From positions 14,012,001-14,076,000 of the forward strand of contig OZ024742.1 of the NCBI GenBank assembly GCA_964016885.1: a DNA stretch of 64,000 nucleotides, written 5' to 3'. This document shows, one piece after another, positions 39,780 to 53,000 of this stretch. The DNA comes from Eledone cirrhosa (taxonomy: Eukaryota). Every line of letters begins with the position of its first letter. Within the stretch, counting starts at the first letter, position 1. The notes beneath the pieces were generated by a model that saw only the letters and a program-made list of their open reading frames with translations, was not told the DNA's origin and did no database searches. The position numbers and the translations under genes are program-made.

Positions 39780-42700
39780 ACCACCTGACTTTGTCTAGCC
39801 TCACTGTGAGACCATCTAACGCAAGGAGTGACCACCTGACCTAGTGTAACCTCAATGTGAGAACTTCTAACCCTAGAAGTGACCACTTACCTAGTCTAAC
39901 CTCAATGTGAGACCTAACCCTAGAAGTGACCACCAGACCTAGTCTAGCCTCAATGTGAGACCTTCTAACCCTAGAAGTGACCACCTTACCTAGTCTAGTC
40001 TCAATGTGAGACCTAACCCTAGAAGTGACCACCTGACCTAGTCTAGCCTCAATGTGAGATCTTACTCTAGAAGTGACCACCTGACCTAGTCTAGCCTCAA
40101 TGTGAGACCTAACCCTAGAAGTGACCACCTGACCTAGTCTAGCCTCAATGTGAGACCTAACCTTAGAAGTGACCACCTGACCTAATCTAGTCTCAATGTG
40201 AGACTATCTAACCCTAGAAGTTACCACCTGACCTAGTCTAGCCTCAATGTGTGACCTATCCCTAGAAGTGACCACCTGACCTAGTCTAGCCTCGATGTGA
40301 GACCTAACCCAAGAAGTAACCACCTGACCTAGTCTAGCCTCCAATGTGAGACCTAATCCTAGAAGTGGCCACCTGACCTAGTCGCCTCAATGTGAGACCT
40401 AACCCTAGAAGTGATCACCTGACCTAGTCTAGCCTCAATGTTAGACTAACCCAAGAAGTGACCAGCTGACCTAGTCTAGCCTCAATGTGAGACTAACCCT
40501 AGAAGTGACAACCTGACCGAGTGTAAACTGAATGTGAGACCTTCTAACCCAAGAAGTAACCACCTGACCTAGTCTAGCCTCCAATGTGAGACCTAATCCT
40601 AGAAGTGACCACCTGACCTAGACTAACCTCAATGTGAGAGCTAACACTAGAAGTGACCACCTGACCTAGTCTAGCCTCAATGTGAGACCTCTAACCCTAG
40701 AAGTGACCAGCTGACCTTGTCTAGCCTCAATGTTTGACCTTCTATCGCTAGAAGTGACCACTTGACCTAGTGTAACATAAACCTAGAAGTGACCACCTGA
40801 CCTAGTCTAGCCTCAATCTGAGACCATCTAATGCAAGAAGTGACCACCTGACCTAGTGTAACCTCAATGTGAGACCTAACCCTAGAAGTGACCACCTGAC
40901 CTAGTCTAACCTCAATGTGAGACCTTGTAACCCTAGAAGTGACCACCTGACCTAGTCTAGCCTCAATGTGAGACCTAACTCTCGAAGTGAACCCCTGACC
41001 TAGTCTAGCCTCAGTGTGAGACCATCTAATCCTAGAAGTGACCACCTTACCTAGTCTAGTCTCATTGTGAGACCTAACCCTAGAAGTGAACACCTGACCT
41101 AGTCTAGTCTCAATGTGAGACCTAACCCTAGAAGTGACCACCTGACCTAATCTAGCCTCAATGTGAGACTATCTAACCCAACAAGTGACCACCTGACCTA
41201 GTCTAGCCTCAATGTGAGACCATCTAACCCTAGAAGTGACCACCTTACCTAGTCTAACCTCAATGTGAGACCTCTAACCCTAGAAGTGACCAACTGACCT
41301 TGTCTAGCCACAATCTTTGACCTTCTATCCCTAGAAGTGACCACCTGACCTAGTCTAGCCTCAATGTGAGATAATTTAACGCAAGAAGTGACCACCTGAC
41401 CTAGTGTAACCTCAATGTGAGACCTTCTAACCCTAGAACTGACCACCTGACCTAATCTAGTCTCAATGTGAGACTATCTAACCCAAGAAGTGACCACCTG
41501 ACTTTGTCTAGCCTCACTGTGAGACCATCTAACGCAAGGAGTGACCACCTGACCTAGTGTAACCTCAATGTGAGAACTTCTAACCCTAGAAGTGACCACT
41601 TACCTAGTCTAACCTCAATGTGAGACCTAACCCTAGAAGTGACCACCAGACCTAGTCTAGCCTCAATGTGAGACCTTCTAACCCTAGAAGTGACCACCTT
41701 ACCTAGTCTAGTCTCAATGTGAGACCTAACCCTAGAAGTGACCACCTGACCTAGTCTAGCCTCAATGTGAGATCTTACTCTAGAAGTGACCACCTGACCT
41801 AGTCTAGCCTCAATGTGAGACCTAACCCTAGAAGTGACCACCTGACCTAGTCTAGCCTCAATGTGAGACCTAACCTTAGAAGTGACCACCTGACCTAATC
41901 TAGTCTCAATGTGAGACTATCTAACCCTAGAAGTTACCACCTGACCTAGTCTAGCCTCAATGTGTGACCTATCCCTAGAAGTGACCACCTGACCTAGTCT
42001 AGCCTCGATGTGAGACCTAACCCAAGAAGTAACCACCTGACCTAGTCTAGCCTCCAATGTGAGACCTAATCCTAGAAGTGGCCACCTGACCTAGTCGCCT
42101 CAATGTGAGACCTAACCCTAGAAGTGATCACCTGACCTAGTCTAGCCTCAATGTTAGACTAACCCAAGAAGTGACCAGCTGACCTAGTCTAGCCTCAATG
42201 TGAGACTAACCCTAGAAGTGACAACCTGACCGAGTGTAAACTGAATGTGAGACCTTCTAACCCAAGAAGTAACCACCTGACCTAGTCTAGCCTCCAATGT
42301 GAGACCTAATCCTAGAAGTGACCACCTGACCTAGACTAACCTCAATGTGAGAGCTAACACTAGAAGTGACCACCTGACCTAGTCTAGCCTCAATGTGAGA
42401 CCTCTAACCCTAGAAGTGACCAGCTGACCTTGTCTAGCCTCAATGTTTGACCTTCTATCGCTAGAAGTGACCACTTGACCTAGTGTAACATAAACCTAGA
42501 AGTGACCACCTGACCTAGTCTAGCCTCAATCTGAGACCATCTAATGCAAGAAGTGACCACCTGACCTAGTGTAACCTCAATGTGAGACCTAACCCTAGAA
42601 GTGACCACCTGACCTAGTCTAACCTCAATGTGAGACCTTGTAACCCTAGAAGTGACCACCTGACCTAGTCTAGCCTCAATGTGAGACCTAACTCTCGAAG

Positions 42701-43206
42701 TGAACCCCTGACCTAGTCTAGCCTCAGTGTGAGACCATCTAATCCTAGAAGTGACCACCTTACCTAGTCTAGTCTCATTGTGAGACCTAACCCTAGAAGT
42801 GAACACCTGACCTAGTCTAGTCTCAATGTGAGACCTAACCCTAGAAGTGACCACCTGACCTAATCTAGCCTCAATGTGAGACTATCTAACCCAAGAAGTG
42901 ACCACCTGACCTAGTCTAGCCTCAATGTGAGACCATCTAACCCTAGAAGTGACCACCTTACCTAGTCTAACCTCAATGTGAGACCTCTAACCCTAGAAGT
43001 GACCAACTGACCTTGTCTAGCCACAATCTTTGACCTTCTATCCCTAGAAGTGACCACCTGACCTAGTCTAGCCTCAATGTGAGATAATTTAACGCAAGAA
43101 GTGACCACCTGACCTAGTGTAACCTCAATGTGAGACCTTCTAACCCTAGAACTGACCACCTGACCTAATCTAGTCTCAATGTGAGACTATCTAACCCAAG
43201 AAGTGA
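39780..43206. repeat. Tandem duplication, 1713-bp unit (partial central HOR)
   Basis: ORFs 39841/40767/41249 recur at 41554/42480/42962; junction near 41490, where gactttgtctagcctcactg restarts. Confidence 0.92.
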
Positions 43207-43589
43207 CCAGCTGACCTAGTCTAGCCTCAATGTGAGACTTCTAACCCTATAAGTGACACCCTGACCGAGTGTATACTGAATGTGAGACCTAACCCAAGAA
43301 GTGACAACCTGACCTAGTCTAGCCTCAATGTGAGACCTAACCCTAGCAGTGACCACCTGACCTAGTCTAGCCTCAACGTGAGACCTAACCCTAGAAGTGA
43401 CCACCTGACCTAATCTAGCCTCAATGTGAGACTATCTAACCCAAGAAGTGACCACCTGACCTAGTCTAGCCTCAATGTGAGACCATCTAACCCTAGAAGT
43501 GACCACCTGACCTAGTCTAACCTCAATGTGAGACCTCTAACCCTAGAAGTGACCAGCTGACCTTGTCTAGCCTCAATGTTTGACCTTCT

Positions 43590-46500
43590 ATCCCTAGAAG
43601 TGACCACCTGACCTAGTCTAGCCTCGATGTGAGACCTAACCCAAGAAGTAACCACCTGACCTAGTCTAGCCTCCAATGTGAGACCTAATCCTAGAAGTGG
43701 CCACCTGACCTAGTCGCCTCAATGTGAGACCTAACCATAGAAGTGAGCACCTGACCTAGTCTAGCCTCAATGTTAGACTATCTAACCCAAGAAGTGACCA
43801 GCTGACCTAGTCTAGCCTCAATGTGAGACTTCTAACCCTAGAAGTGACAACCTGACCGAGTGTAAACTGAATGTGAGACCTTCTAACCCAAGAAGTAACC
43901 ACCTGACCTAGTCTAGCCTCCAATGTGAGACCTAATCCTAGAAGTGACCACCTGACCTAGACTAACCTCAATGTGAGAGCTAACACTAGAAGTGACCACC
44001 TGACCTAGTCTAGCCTCAGTGTGAGACCTCTAACCCTAGAAGTGACCAGCTGACCTTGTCTAGCCTCAATGTTTGACCTATCGCTAGAAGTGACCACTTG
44101 ACCTAGTGTAACAAACCTAGAAGTGACCACTTGACCTAGTCGCCTCAATGTGAGACCTAACCATAGAAGTGATCACCTGACCTAGTCTAGCCTCAATGTG
44201 AGACCATCTAACGCAAGAAGTGACCACCTGACCTAGTGTAACCTCATTGTGAGACATAACCCTAGAAGTGACCACCTGACCTAGTCTAACCTCAATGTGA
44301 GACCTTTTAACCCTAGAAGTGACCACCTGACCTAGTCTAGCCTCAATGTGAGACCTAACCCTAGAAGTGACCACCTGACCTAGTCTAGCCTCAATGTGAG
44401 ATTTCTAACCCTAGAAGTGACAACCTGACCAAGTGTAAACTGAATGTGAGACCTTCTAACCCAAGAAGTGACCACCTGACCTAGTCTAGCCTCAATGTGA
44501 GACCTTCTAACCTTAGAAGTGACCACCTGACCTAGTCTAGCCTCAATGTGAGACCTAACCCTAGAAGTGACCACCTCACCTAGTCTAACCTCAATGTGAG
44601 ACCTCTAACCCTAGAAGTGACCAGCTGACCATGTCTAGCCTCAATGTGTGACTTATCCCTAGAAGTGACCACCGACCTAGTGTAACCTAAACCTAGAAGT
44701 GACTACCTGACCTTGTCTAGCCTCACTGAGACCATCTAACGCAAGGAGTGACCACCTGACCTAGTGTAACCTCAATGTGAGAACTTCTAACCCTAGAAGT
44801 GACCACTTACCTAGTCTAACCTCAATGTGAGACCTAACCCTAGAAGTGACCACCAGACCTAGTCTAGCCTCAATGTGAGACCTTCTAACCCTAGAAGTGA
44901 CCACCTTACCTAGTCTAGTCTCAATGTGAGACCTAACCCTAGAAGTGACCACCTGACCTAGTCTAGCATCAATGTGAGATCTTACTCTAGAAGTGACCAC
45001 CTGACCTAGTCTAGCCTCAATGTGAGACCTAACCCTAGAAGTGACCACCTGACCTAGTCTAGCCTCAATGTGAGACCTAACCTTAGAAGTGACCACCTGA
45101 CCTAATCTAGTCTCAATGTGAGACTATCTAACCCTAGAAGTTACCACCTGACCTAGTCTAGCCTCAATGTGTGACCTATCCCTAGAAGTGACCACCTGAC
45201 CTAGTCTAGCCTCGATGTGAGACCTAACCCAAGAAGTAACCACCTGACCTAGTCTAGCCTCCAATGTGAGACCTAATCCTAGAAGTGGCCACCTGACCTA
45301 GTCGCCTCAATGTGAGACCTAACCCTAGAAGTGATCACCTGACCTAGTCTAGCCTCAATGTTAGACTAACCCAAGAAGTGACCAGCTGACCTAGTCTAGC
45401 CTCAATGTGAGACTAACCCTAGAAGTGACAACCTGACCGAGTGTAAACTGAATGTGAGAGCTTCTAACCCAAGAAGTAACCACCTGACCTAGTCTAGCCT
45501 CCAATGTGAGACCTAATCCTAGAAGTGACCACCTGACCTAGACTAACCTCAATGTGAGAGCTAACACTAGAAGTGACCACCTGACCTAGTCTAGCCTCAA
45601 TGTGAGACCTCTAACCCTAGAAGTGACCAGCTGACCTTGTCTAGCCTCAATGTTTGACCTTCTATCGCTAGAAGTGACCACTTGACCTAGTGTAACATAA
45701 ACCTAGAAGTGACCACCTGACCTAGTCTAGCCTCAATCTGAGACCATCTAATGCAAGAAGTGACCACCTGACCTAGTGTAACCTCAATGTGAGACCTAAC
45801 CCTAGAAGTGACCACCTGACCTAGTCTAACCTCAATGTGAGACCTTGTAACCCTAGAAGTGACCACCTGACCTAGTCTAGCCTCAATGTGAGACCTAACT
45901 CTCGAAGTGAACCCCTGACCTAGTCTAGCCTCAGTGTGAGACCATCTAATCCTAGAAGTGACCACCTTACCTAGTCTAGTCTCATTGTGAGACCTAACCC
46001 TAGAAGTGAACACCTGACCTAGTCTAGTCTCAATGTGAGACCTAACCCTAGAAGTGACCACCTGACCTAATCTAGCCTCAATGTGAGACTATCTAACCCA
46101 AGAAGTGACCACCTGACCTAGTCTAGCCTCAATGTGAGACCATCTAACCCTAGAAGTGACCACCTTACCTAGTCTAACCTCAATGTGAGACCTCTAACCC
46201 TAGAAGTGACCAACTGACCTTGTCTAGCCACAATCTTTGACCTTCTATCCCTAGAAGTGACCACCTGACCTAGTCTAGCCTCAATGTGAGATAATTTAAC
46301 GCAAGAAGTGACCACCTGACCTAGTGTAACCTCAATGTGAGACCTTCTAACCCTAGAACTGACCACCTGACCTAATCTAGTCTCAATGTGAGACTATCTA
46401 ACCCAAGAAGTGACCAGCTGACCTAGTCTAGCCTCAATGTGAGACTTCTAACCCTATAAGTGACACCCTGACCGAGTGTATACTGAATGTGAGACCTAAC

Positions 46501-49500
46501 CCAAGAAGTGACAACCTGACCTAGTCTAGCCTCAATGTGAGACCTAACCCTAGCAGTGACCACCTGACCTAGTCTAGCCTCAACGTGAGACCTAACCCTA
46601 GAAGTGACCACCTGACCTAATCTAGCCTCAATGTGAGACTATCTAACCCAAGAAGTGACCACCTGACCTAGTCTAGCCTCAATGTGAGACCATCTAACCC
46701 TAGAAGTGACCACCTGACCTAGTCTAACCTCAATGTGAGACCTCTAACCCTAGAAGTGACCAGCTGACCTTGTCTAGCCTCAATGTTTGACCTTCTATCC
46801 CTAGAAGTGACCACCTGACCTAGTCTAGCCTCGATGTGAGACCTAACCCAAGAAGTAACCACCTGACCTAGTCTAGCCTCCAATGTGAGACCTAATCCTA
46901 GAAGTGGCCACCTGACCTAGTCGCCTCAATGTGAGACCTAACCATAGAAGTGAGCACCTGACCTAGTCTAGCCTCAATGTTAGACTATCTAACCCAAGAA
47001 GTGACCAGCTGACCTAGTCTAGCCTCAATGTGAGACTTCTAACCCTAGAAGTGACAACCTGACCGAGTGTAAACTGAATGTGAGACCTTCTAACCCAAGA
47101 AGTAACCACCTGACCTAGTCTAGCCTCCAATGTGAGACCTAATCCTAGAAGTGACCACCTGACCTAGACTAACCTCAATGTGAGAGCTAACACTAGAAGT
47201 GACCACCTGACCTAGTCTAGCCTCAGTGTGAGACCTCTAACCCTAGAAGTGACCAGCTGACCTTGTCTAGCCTCAATGTTTGACCTATCGCTAGAAGTGA
47301 CCACTTGACCTAGTGTAACAAACCTAGAAGTGACCACTTGACCTAGTCGCCTCAATGTGAGACCTAACCATAGAAGTGATCACCTGACCTAGTCTAGCCT
47401 CAATGTGAGACCATCTAACGCAAGAAGTGACCACCTGACCTAGTGTAACCTCATTGTGAGACATAACCCTAGAAGTGACCACCTGACCTAGTCTAACCTC
47501 AATGTGAGACCTTTTAACCCTAGAAGTGACCACCTGACCTAGTCTAGCCTCAATGTGAGACCTAACCCTAGAAGTGACCACCTGACCTAGTCTAGCCTCA
47601 ATGTGAGATTTCTAACCCTAGAAGTGACAACCTGACCAAGTGTAAACTGAATGTGAGACCTTCTAACCCAAGAAGTGACCACCTGACCTAGTCTAGCCTC
47701 AATGTGAGACCTTCTAACCTTAGAAGTGACCACCTGACCTAGTCTAGCCTCAATGTGAGACCTAACCCTAGAAGTGACCACCTCACCTAGTCTAACCTCA
47801 ATGTGAGACCTCTAACCCTAGAAGTGACCAGCTGACCATGTCTAGCCTCAATGTGTGACTTATCCCTAGAAGTGACCACCGACCTAGTGTAACCTAAACC
47901 TAGAAGTGACCACCTGACCTTGTCTAGCCTCACTGAGACCATCTAACGCAAGGAGTGACCATCTGACCTAGTGTAACCTCAATGTGAGAACTTCTAACCC
48001 TAGAAGTGACCACTTACCTAGTCTAACCTCAATGTGAGACCTAACCCTAGAAGTGACCACCAGACCTAGTCTAGCCTCAATGTGAGACCTTCTAACCCTA
48101 GAAGTGACCACCTTACCTAGTCTAGTCTCAATGTGAGACCTAACCCTAGAAGTGACCACCTGACCTAGTCTAGCCTCAATGTGAGATCTTACTCTAGAAG
48201 TGACCACCTGACCTAGTCTAGCCTCAATGTGAGACCTAACCCTAGAAGTGACCACCTGACCTAGTCTAGCCTCAATGTGAGACCTAACCTTAGAAGTGAC
48301 CACCTGACCTAATCTAGTCTCAATGTGAGACTATCTAACCCTAGAAGTTACCACCTGACCTAGTCTAGCCTCAATGTGTGACCTATCCCTAGAAGTGACC
48401 ACCTGACCTAGTCTAGCCTCGATGTGAGACCTAACCCAAGAAGTAACCACCTGACCTAGTCTAGCCTCCAATGTGAGACCTAATCCTAGAAGTGGCCACC
48501 TGACCTAGTCGCCTCAATGTGAGACCTAACCCTAGAAGTGATCACCTGACCTAGTCTAGCCTCAATGTTAGACTAACCCAAGAAGTGACCAGCTGACCTA
48601 GTCTAGCCTCAATGTGAGACTAACCCTAGAAGTGACAACCTGACCGAGTGTAAACTGAATGTGAGAGCTTCTAACCCAAGAAGTAACCACCTGACCTAGT
48701 CTAGCCTCCAATGTGAGACCTAATCCTAGAAGTGACCACCTGACCTAGACTAACCTCAATGTGAGAGCTAACACTAGAAGTGACCACCTGACCTAGTCTA
48801 GCCTCAATGTGAGACCTCTAACCCTAGAAGTGACCAGCTGACCTTGTCTAGCCTCAATGTTTGACCTTCTATCGCTAGAAGTGACCACTTGACCTAGTGT
48901 AACATAAACCTAGAAGTGACCACCTGACCTAGTCTAGCCTCAATCTGAGACCATCTAATGCAAGAAGTGACCACCTGACCTAGTGTAACCTCAATGTGAG
49001 ACCTAACCCTAGAAGTGACCACCTGACCTAGTCTAACCTCAATGTGAGACCTTGTAACCCTAGAAGTGACCACCTGACCTAGTCTAGCCTCAATGTGAGA
49101 CCTAACTCTCGAAGTGAACCCCTGACCTAGTCTAGCCTCAGTGTGAGACCATCTAATCCTAGAAGTGACCACCTTACCTAGTCTAGTCTCATTGTGAGAC
49201 CTAACCCTAGAAGTGAACACCTGACCTAGTCTAGTCTCAATGTGAGACCTAACCCTAGAAGTGACCACCTGACCTAATCTAGCCTCAATGTGAGACTATC
49301 TAACCCAAGAAGTGACCACCTGACCTAGTCTAGCCTCAATGTGAGACCATCTAACCCTAGAAGTGACCACCTTACCTAGTCTAACCTCAATGTGAGACCT
49401 CTAACCCTAGAAGTGACCAACTGACCTTGTCTAGCCACAATCTTTGACCTTCTATCCCTAGAAGTGACCACCTGACCTAGTCTAGCCTCAATGTGAGATA

Positions 49501-50030
49501 ATTTAACGCAAGAAGTGACCACCTGACCTAGTGTAACCTCAATGTGAGACCTTCTAACCCTAGAACTGACCACCTGACCTAATCTAGTCTCAATGTGAGA
49601 CTATCTAACCCAAGAAGTGACCAGCTGACCTAGTCTAGCCTCAATGTGAGACTTCTAACCCTATAAGTGACACCCTGACCGAGTGTATACTGAATGTGAG
49701 ACCTAACCCAAGAAGTGACAACCTGACCTAGTCTAGCCTCAATGTGAGACCTAACCCTAGCAGTGACCACCTGACCTAGTCTAGCCTCAACGTGAGACCT
49801 AACCCTAGAAGTGACCACCTGACCTAATCTAGCCTCAATGTGAGACTATCTAACCCAAGAAGTGACCACCTGACCTAGTCTAGCCTCAATGTGAGACCAT
49901 CTAACCCTAGAAGTGACCACCTGACCTAGTCTAACCTCAATGTGAGACCTCTAACCCTAGAAGTGACCAGCTGACCTTGTCTAGCCTCAATGTTTGACCT
50001 TCTATCCCTAGAAGTGACCACCTGACCTAG
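43590..50030. repeat. Two consecutive copies of the 3207-bp form of the central HOR
   Basis: ORFs 44117/44761/45687/46423 recur at 47324/47968/48894/49630 (offset 3207); shared SNPs gtgagcacct (~43745, ~46952) and gagagcttct (~45458, ~48665). Confidence 0.95.
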
Positions 50031-53000
50031 TCTAGCCTCAATGTGAGATAATCTAACGCAAGAAGTGACCACCTGACCTAGTGTAACCTCAATGTGAGAT
50101 CTAACCCTAGAAGTGACCAGCTGACCTAGTCTAGCCTCAATGTGAGACTTCTAACCCTAGAAGTGACAACCTGACCGAGTGTAAACTGAATGTGAGACCT
50201 TCTAACCCAAGAAGTGACCACCTGACCTAGTCTAGCCTCAATGTGAGACCTAACCCAAGAAGTGACCACCTGACCTAGTCTAGCCTCAGTGTGAGACCTA
50301 ACCCTAGAAGTGACCACCTGACCTAGTCTAGCCTCAATGTGAGACTATCTAACCCAAGAAGTGACCACCTGACCTAGTCTAGCCTCAATGTGAGACCTAA
50401 CCCTAGAAGTGACCACCTGACCTAGTCTAGCCTCAATGTGAGATTTCTAACCCTAGAAGTGACAACCTGACCAAGTGTAAACTGAATGTGAGACCTTCTA
50501 ACCCAAGAAGTGACCACCTGACCTAGTCTAGCCTCAATGTGAGACCTTCTAACCTTAGAAGTGACCACCTGACCTAGTCTAGCCTCAATGTGAGACCTAA
50601 CCCTAGAAGTGACCACCTCACCTAGTCTAACCTCAATGTGAGACCTCTAACCCTAGAAGTGACCAGCTGACCTTGTCTAGCCTCAATGTGTGACTTATCC
50701 CTAGAAGTGACCACCGACCTAGTGTAACCTAAACCTAGAAGTGACCACCTGACCTTGTCTAGCCTCACTGTGAGACCATCTAACGCAAGGAGTGACCACC
50801 TGACCTAGTGTAACCTCAATGTGAGAACTTCTAACCCTAGAAGTGACCACTTACCTAGTCTAACCTCAATGTGAGACCTAACCCTAGAAGTGACCACCAG
50901 ACCTAGTCTAGCCTCAATGTGAGACCTAACCCTAGAAGTGACCACCTTACCTAGTCTAGTCTCAATGTGAGACCTAACCCTAGAATTGACCACCTGACCT
51001 AGTCTAGCCTCAATGTGAGATCTTACTCTAGAAGTGACCACCTGACCTAGTCTAGCCTCAATGTGAGACCTAACCCTAGAAGTGACCACCTGACCTAGTC
51101 TAGCCTCAATGTGAGACCTAACCTTAGAAGTGACCACCTGACCTAATCTAGTCTCAATGTGAGACTATCTAACCCAAGAAGTGACCATCTGACCTAGTCT
51201 AGCCTCAATGTGAGACTTCTAACCCTAGAAGTGACAACCTGACCTAGTGTAAACTGAATGTGAGACCTAACCCTAGAAGTGACCACCTGACGTAGTGTAA
51301 CCTCAATGTTAGACCTAACCCTTGCAGTGACAACCTGACCTAGTCTAACCTCAATGTGAGACCTTCTAACCCTAGAAGTGACCACCTGACCTAGTCTAAC
51401 CTCAATGTGAGACCTTCTAACCCTAGAAGTTACCACCTGACCTAGTCTAGCCTCAATGTGTGACCTATCCCTAGAAGTGACCACCTGACCTAGTCTAGCC
51501 TCGATGTGAGACCTAACCCAAGAAGTAACCACCTGACCTAGTCTAGCCTCCAATGTGAGACCTAATCCTAGAAGTGGCCACCTGACCTAGTCGCCTCAAT
51601 GTGAGACCTAACCCTAGAAGTGATCACCTGACCTAGTCTAGCCTCAATGTTAGACTAACCCAAGAAGTGACCAGCTGACCTAGTCTAGCCTCAATGTGAG
51701 ACTAACCCTAGAAGTGACAACCTGACCGAGTGTAAACTGAATGTGAGACCTTCTAAACCAAGAAGTAACCACCTGACCTAGTCTAGCCTCCAATGTGAGA
51801 CCTAATCCTAGAAGTGACCACCTGACCTAGACTAACCTCAATGTGAGAGCTAACACTAGAAGTGACCACCTGACCTAGTCTAGCCTCAATGTGAGACCTC
51901 TAACCCTAGAAGTGACCAGCTGACCTTGTCTAGCCTCAATGTTTGACCTTCTATCGCTAGAAGTGACCACTTGACCTAGTGTAACATAAACCTAGAAGTG
52001 ACCACCTGACCTAGTCTAGCCTCAATCTGAGACCATCTAATGCAAGAAGTGACCACCTGACCTAGTGTAACCTCCATGTGAGACCTAACCCTAGAAGTGA
52101 CCACCTGACCTAGTCTAGCCTCGATGTGAGACCTAACCCAAGAAGTAACCACCTGACCTAGTCTAGTCTCCAATGTGAGACCTACTCCTAGAAGTGGCCA
52201 CCTGACCTAGTCGCCTCAATGTGAGACCTGACCTAGTCTAGCCTCAATGTTAGACTATCTAACCCAAGAAGTGACCAGCTGACCTAGTCTAGCCTCAATG
52301 TGAGACTTCTAACCCTAGAAGTGACAACCTGACCGAGTGTAAACTGAATGTGAGACCTTCTAACCCAAGAAGTAACCACCTGACCTAGTCTAGCCTCCAA
52401 TGTGAGACCTAATCCTAGAAGTGACCACCTGACCTAGACTAACCTCAATGTGAGAGCTAACACTAGAAGTGAGCACCTGACCTAGTCTAGCCTCAATGTG
52501 AGACCTCTAACCCTAGAAGTGACCAGCTGACCTTGTCTAGCCTCAATGTTTGACCTTCTATCGCTAGAAGTGACCACTTGACCTAGTGTAACATAAACCT
52601 AGAAGTGACCACCTGACCTAGTGTAACCTAACTCTAGAAGTGACCAACTGACCTAGTCTAGCCTAAATGTGAGACCTAACCCTAGAAGTGACCACCTGAC
52701 CTAGTCTAGCCTCAGTGTGAGACCTTCTAACCCTAGAAGTGACCACCTGACCTAGTCTAGCCTCAATGTGAGACTATCTAACCCAAGAAGTGACCACCTG
52801 ACCTAGTCTAGCCTCAATGTGAGACCTAACCCTAGAAGTGACCACCTGACCTAGTCTAGCCTCAATGTGAGACGATCTAACCCAAGAAGTGACCACCTGA
52901 ACTAGTGTAACCTCAATGAGACCTAACCCTAGAAGTGACCACCTGACCTAGTCTAACCTCAATGTGAGACCTAACCCTAGCAGTGACCACCTGACCTAGT

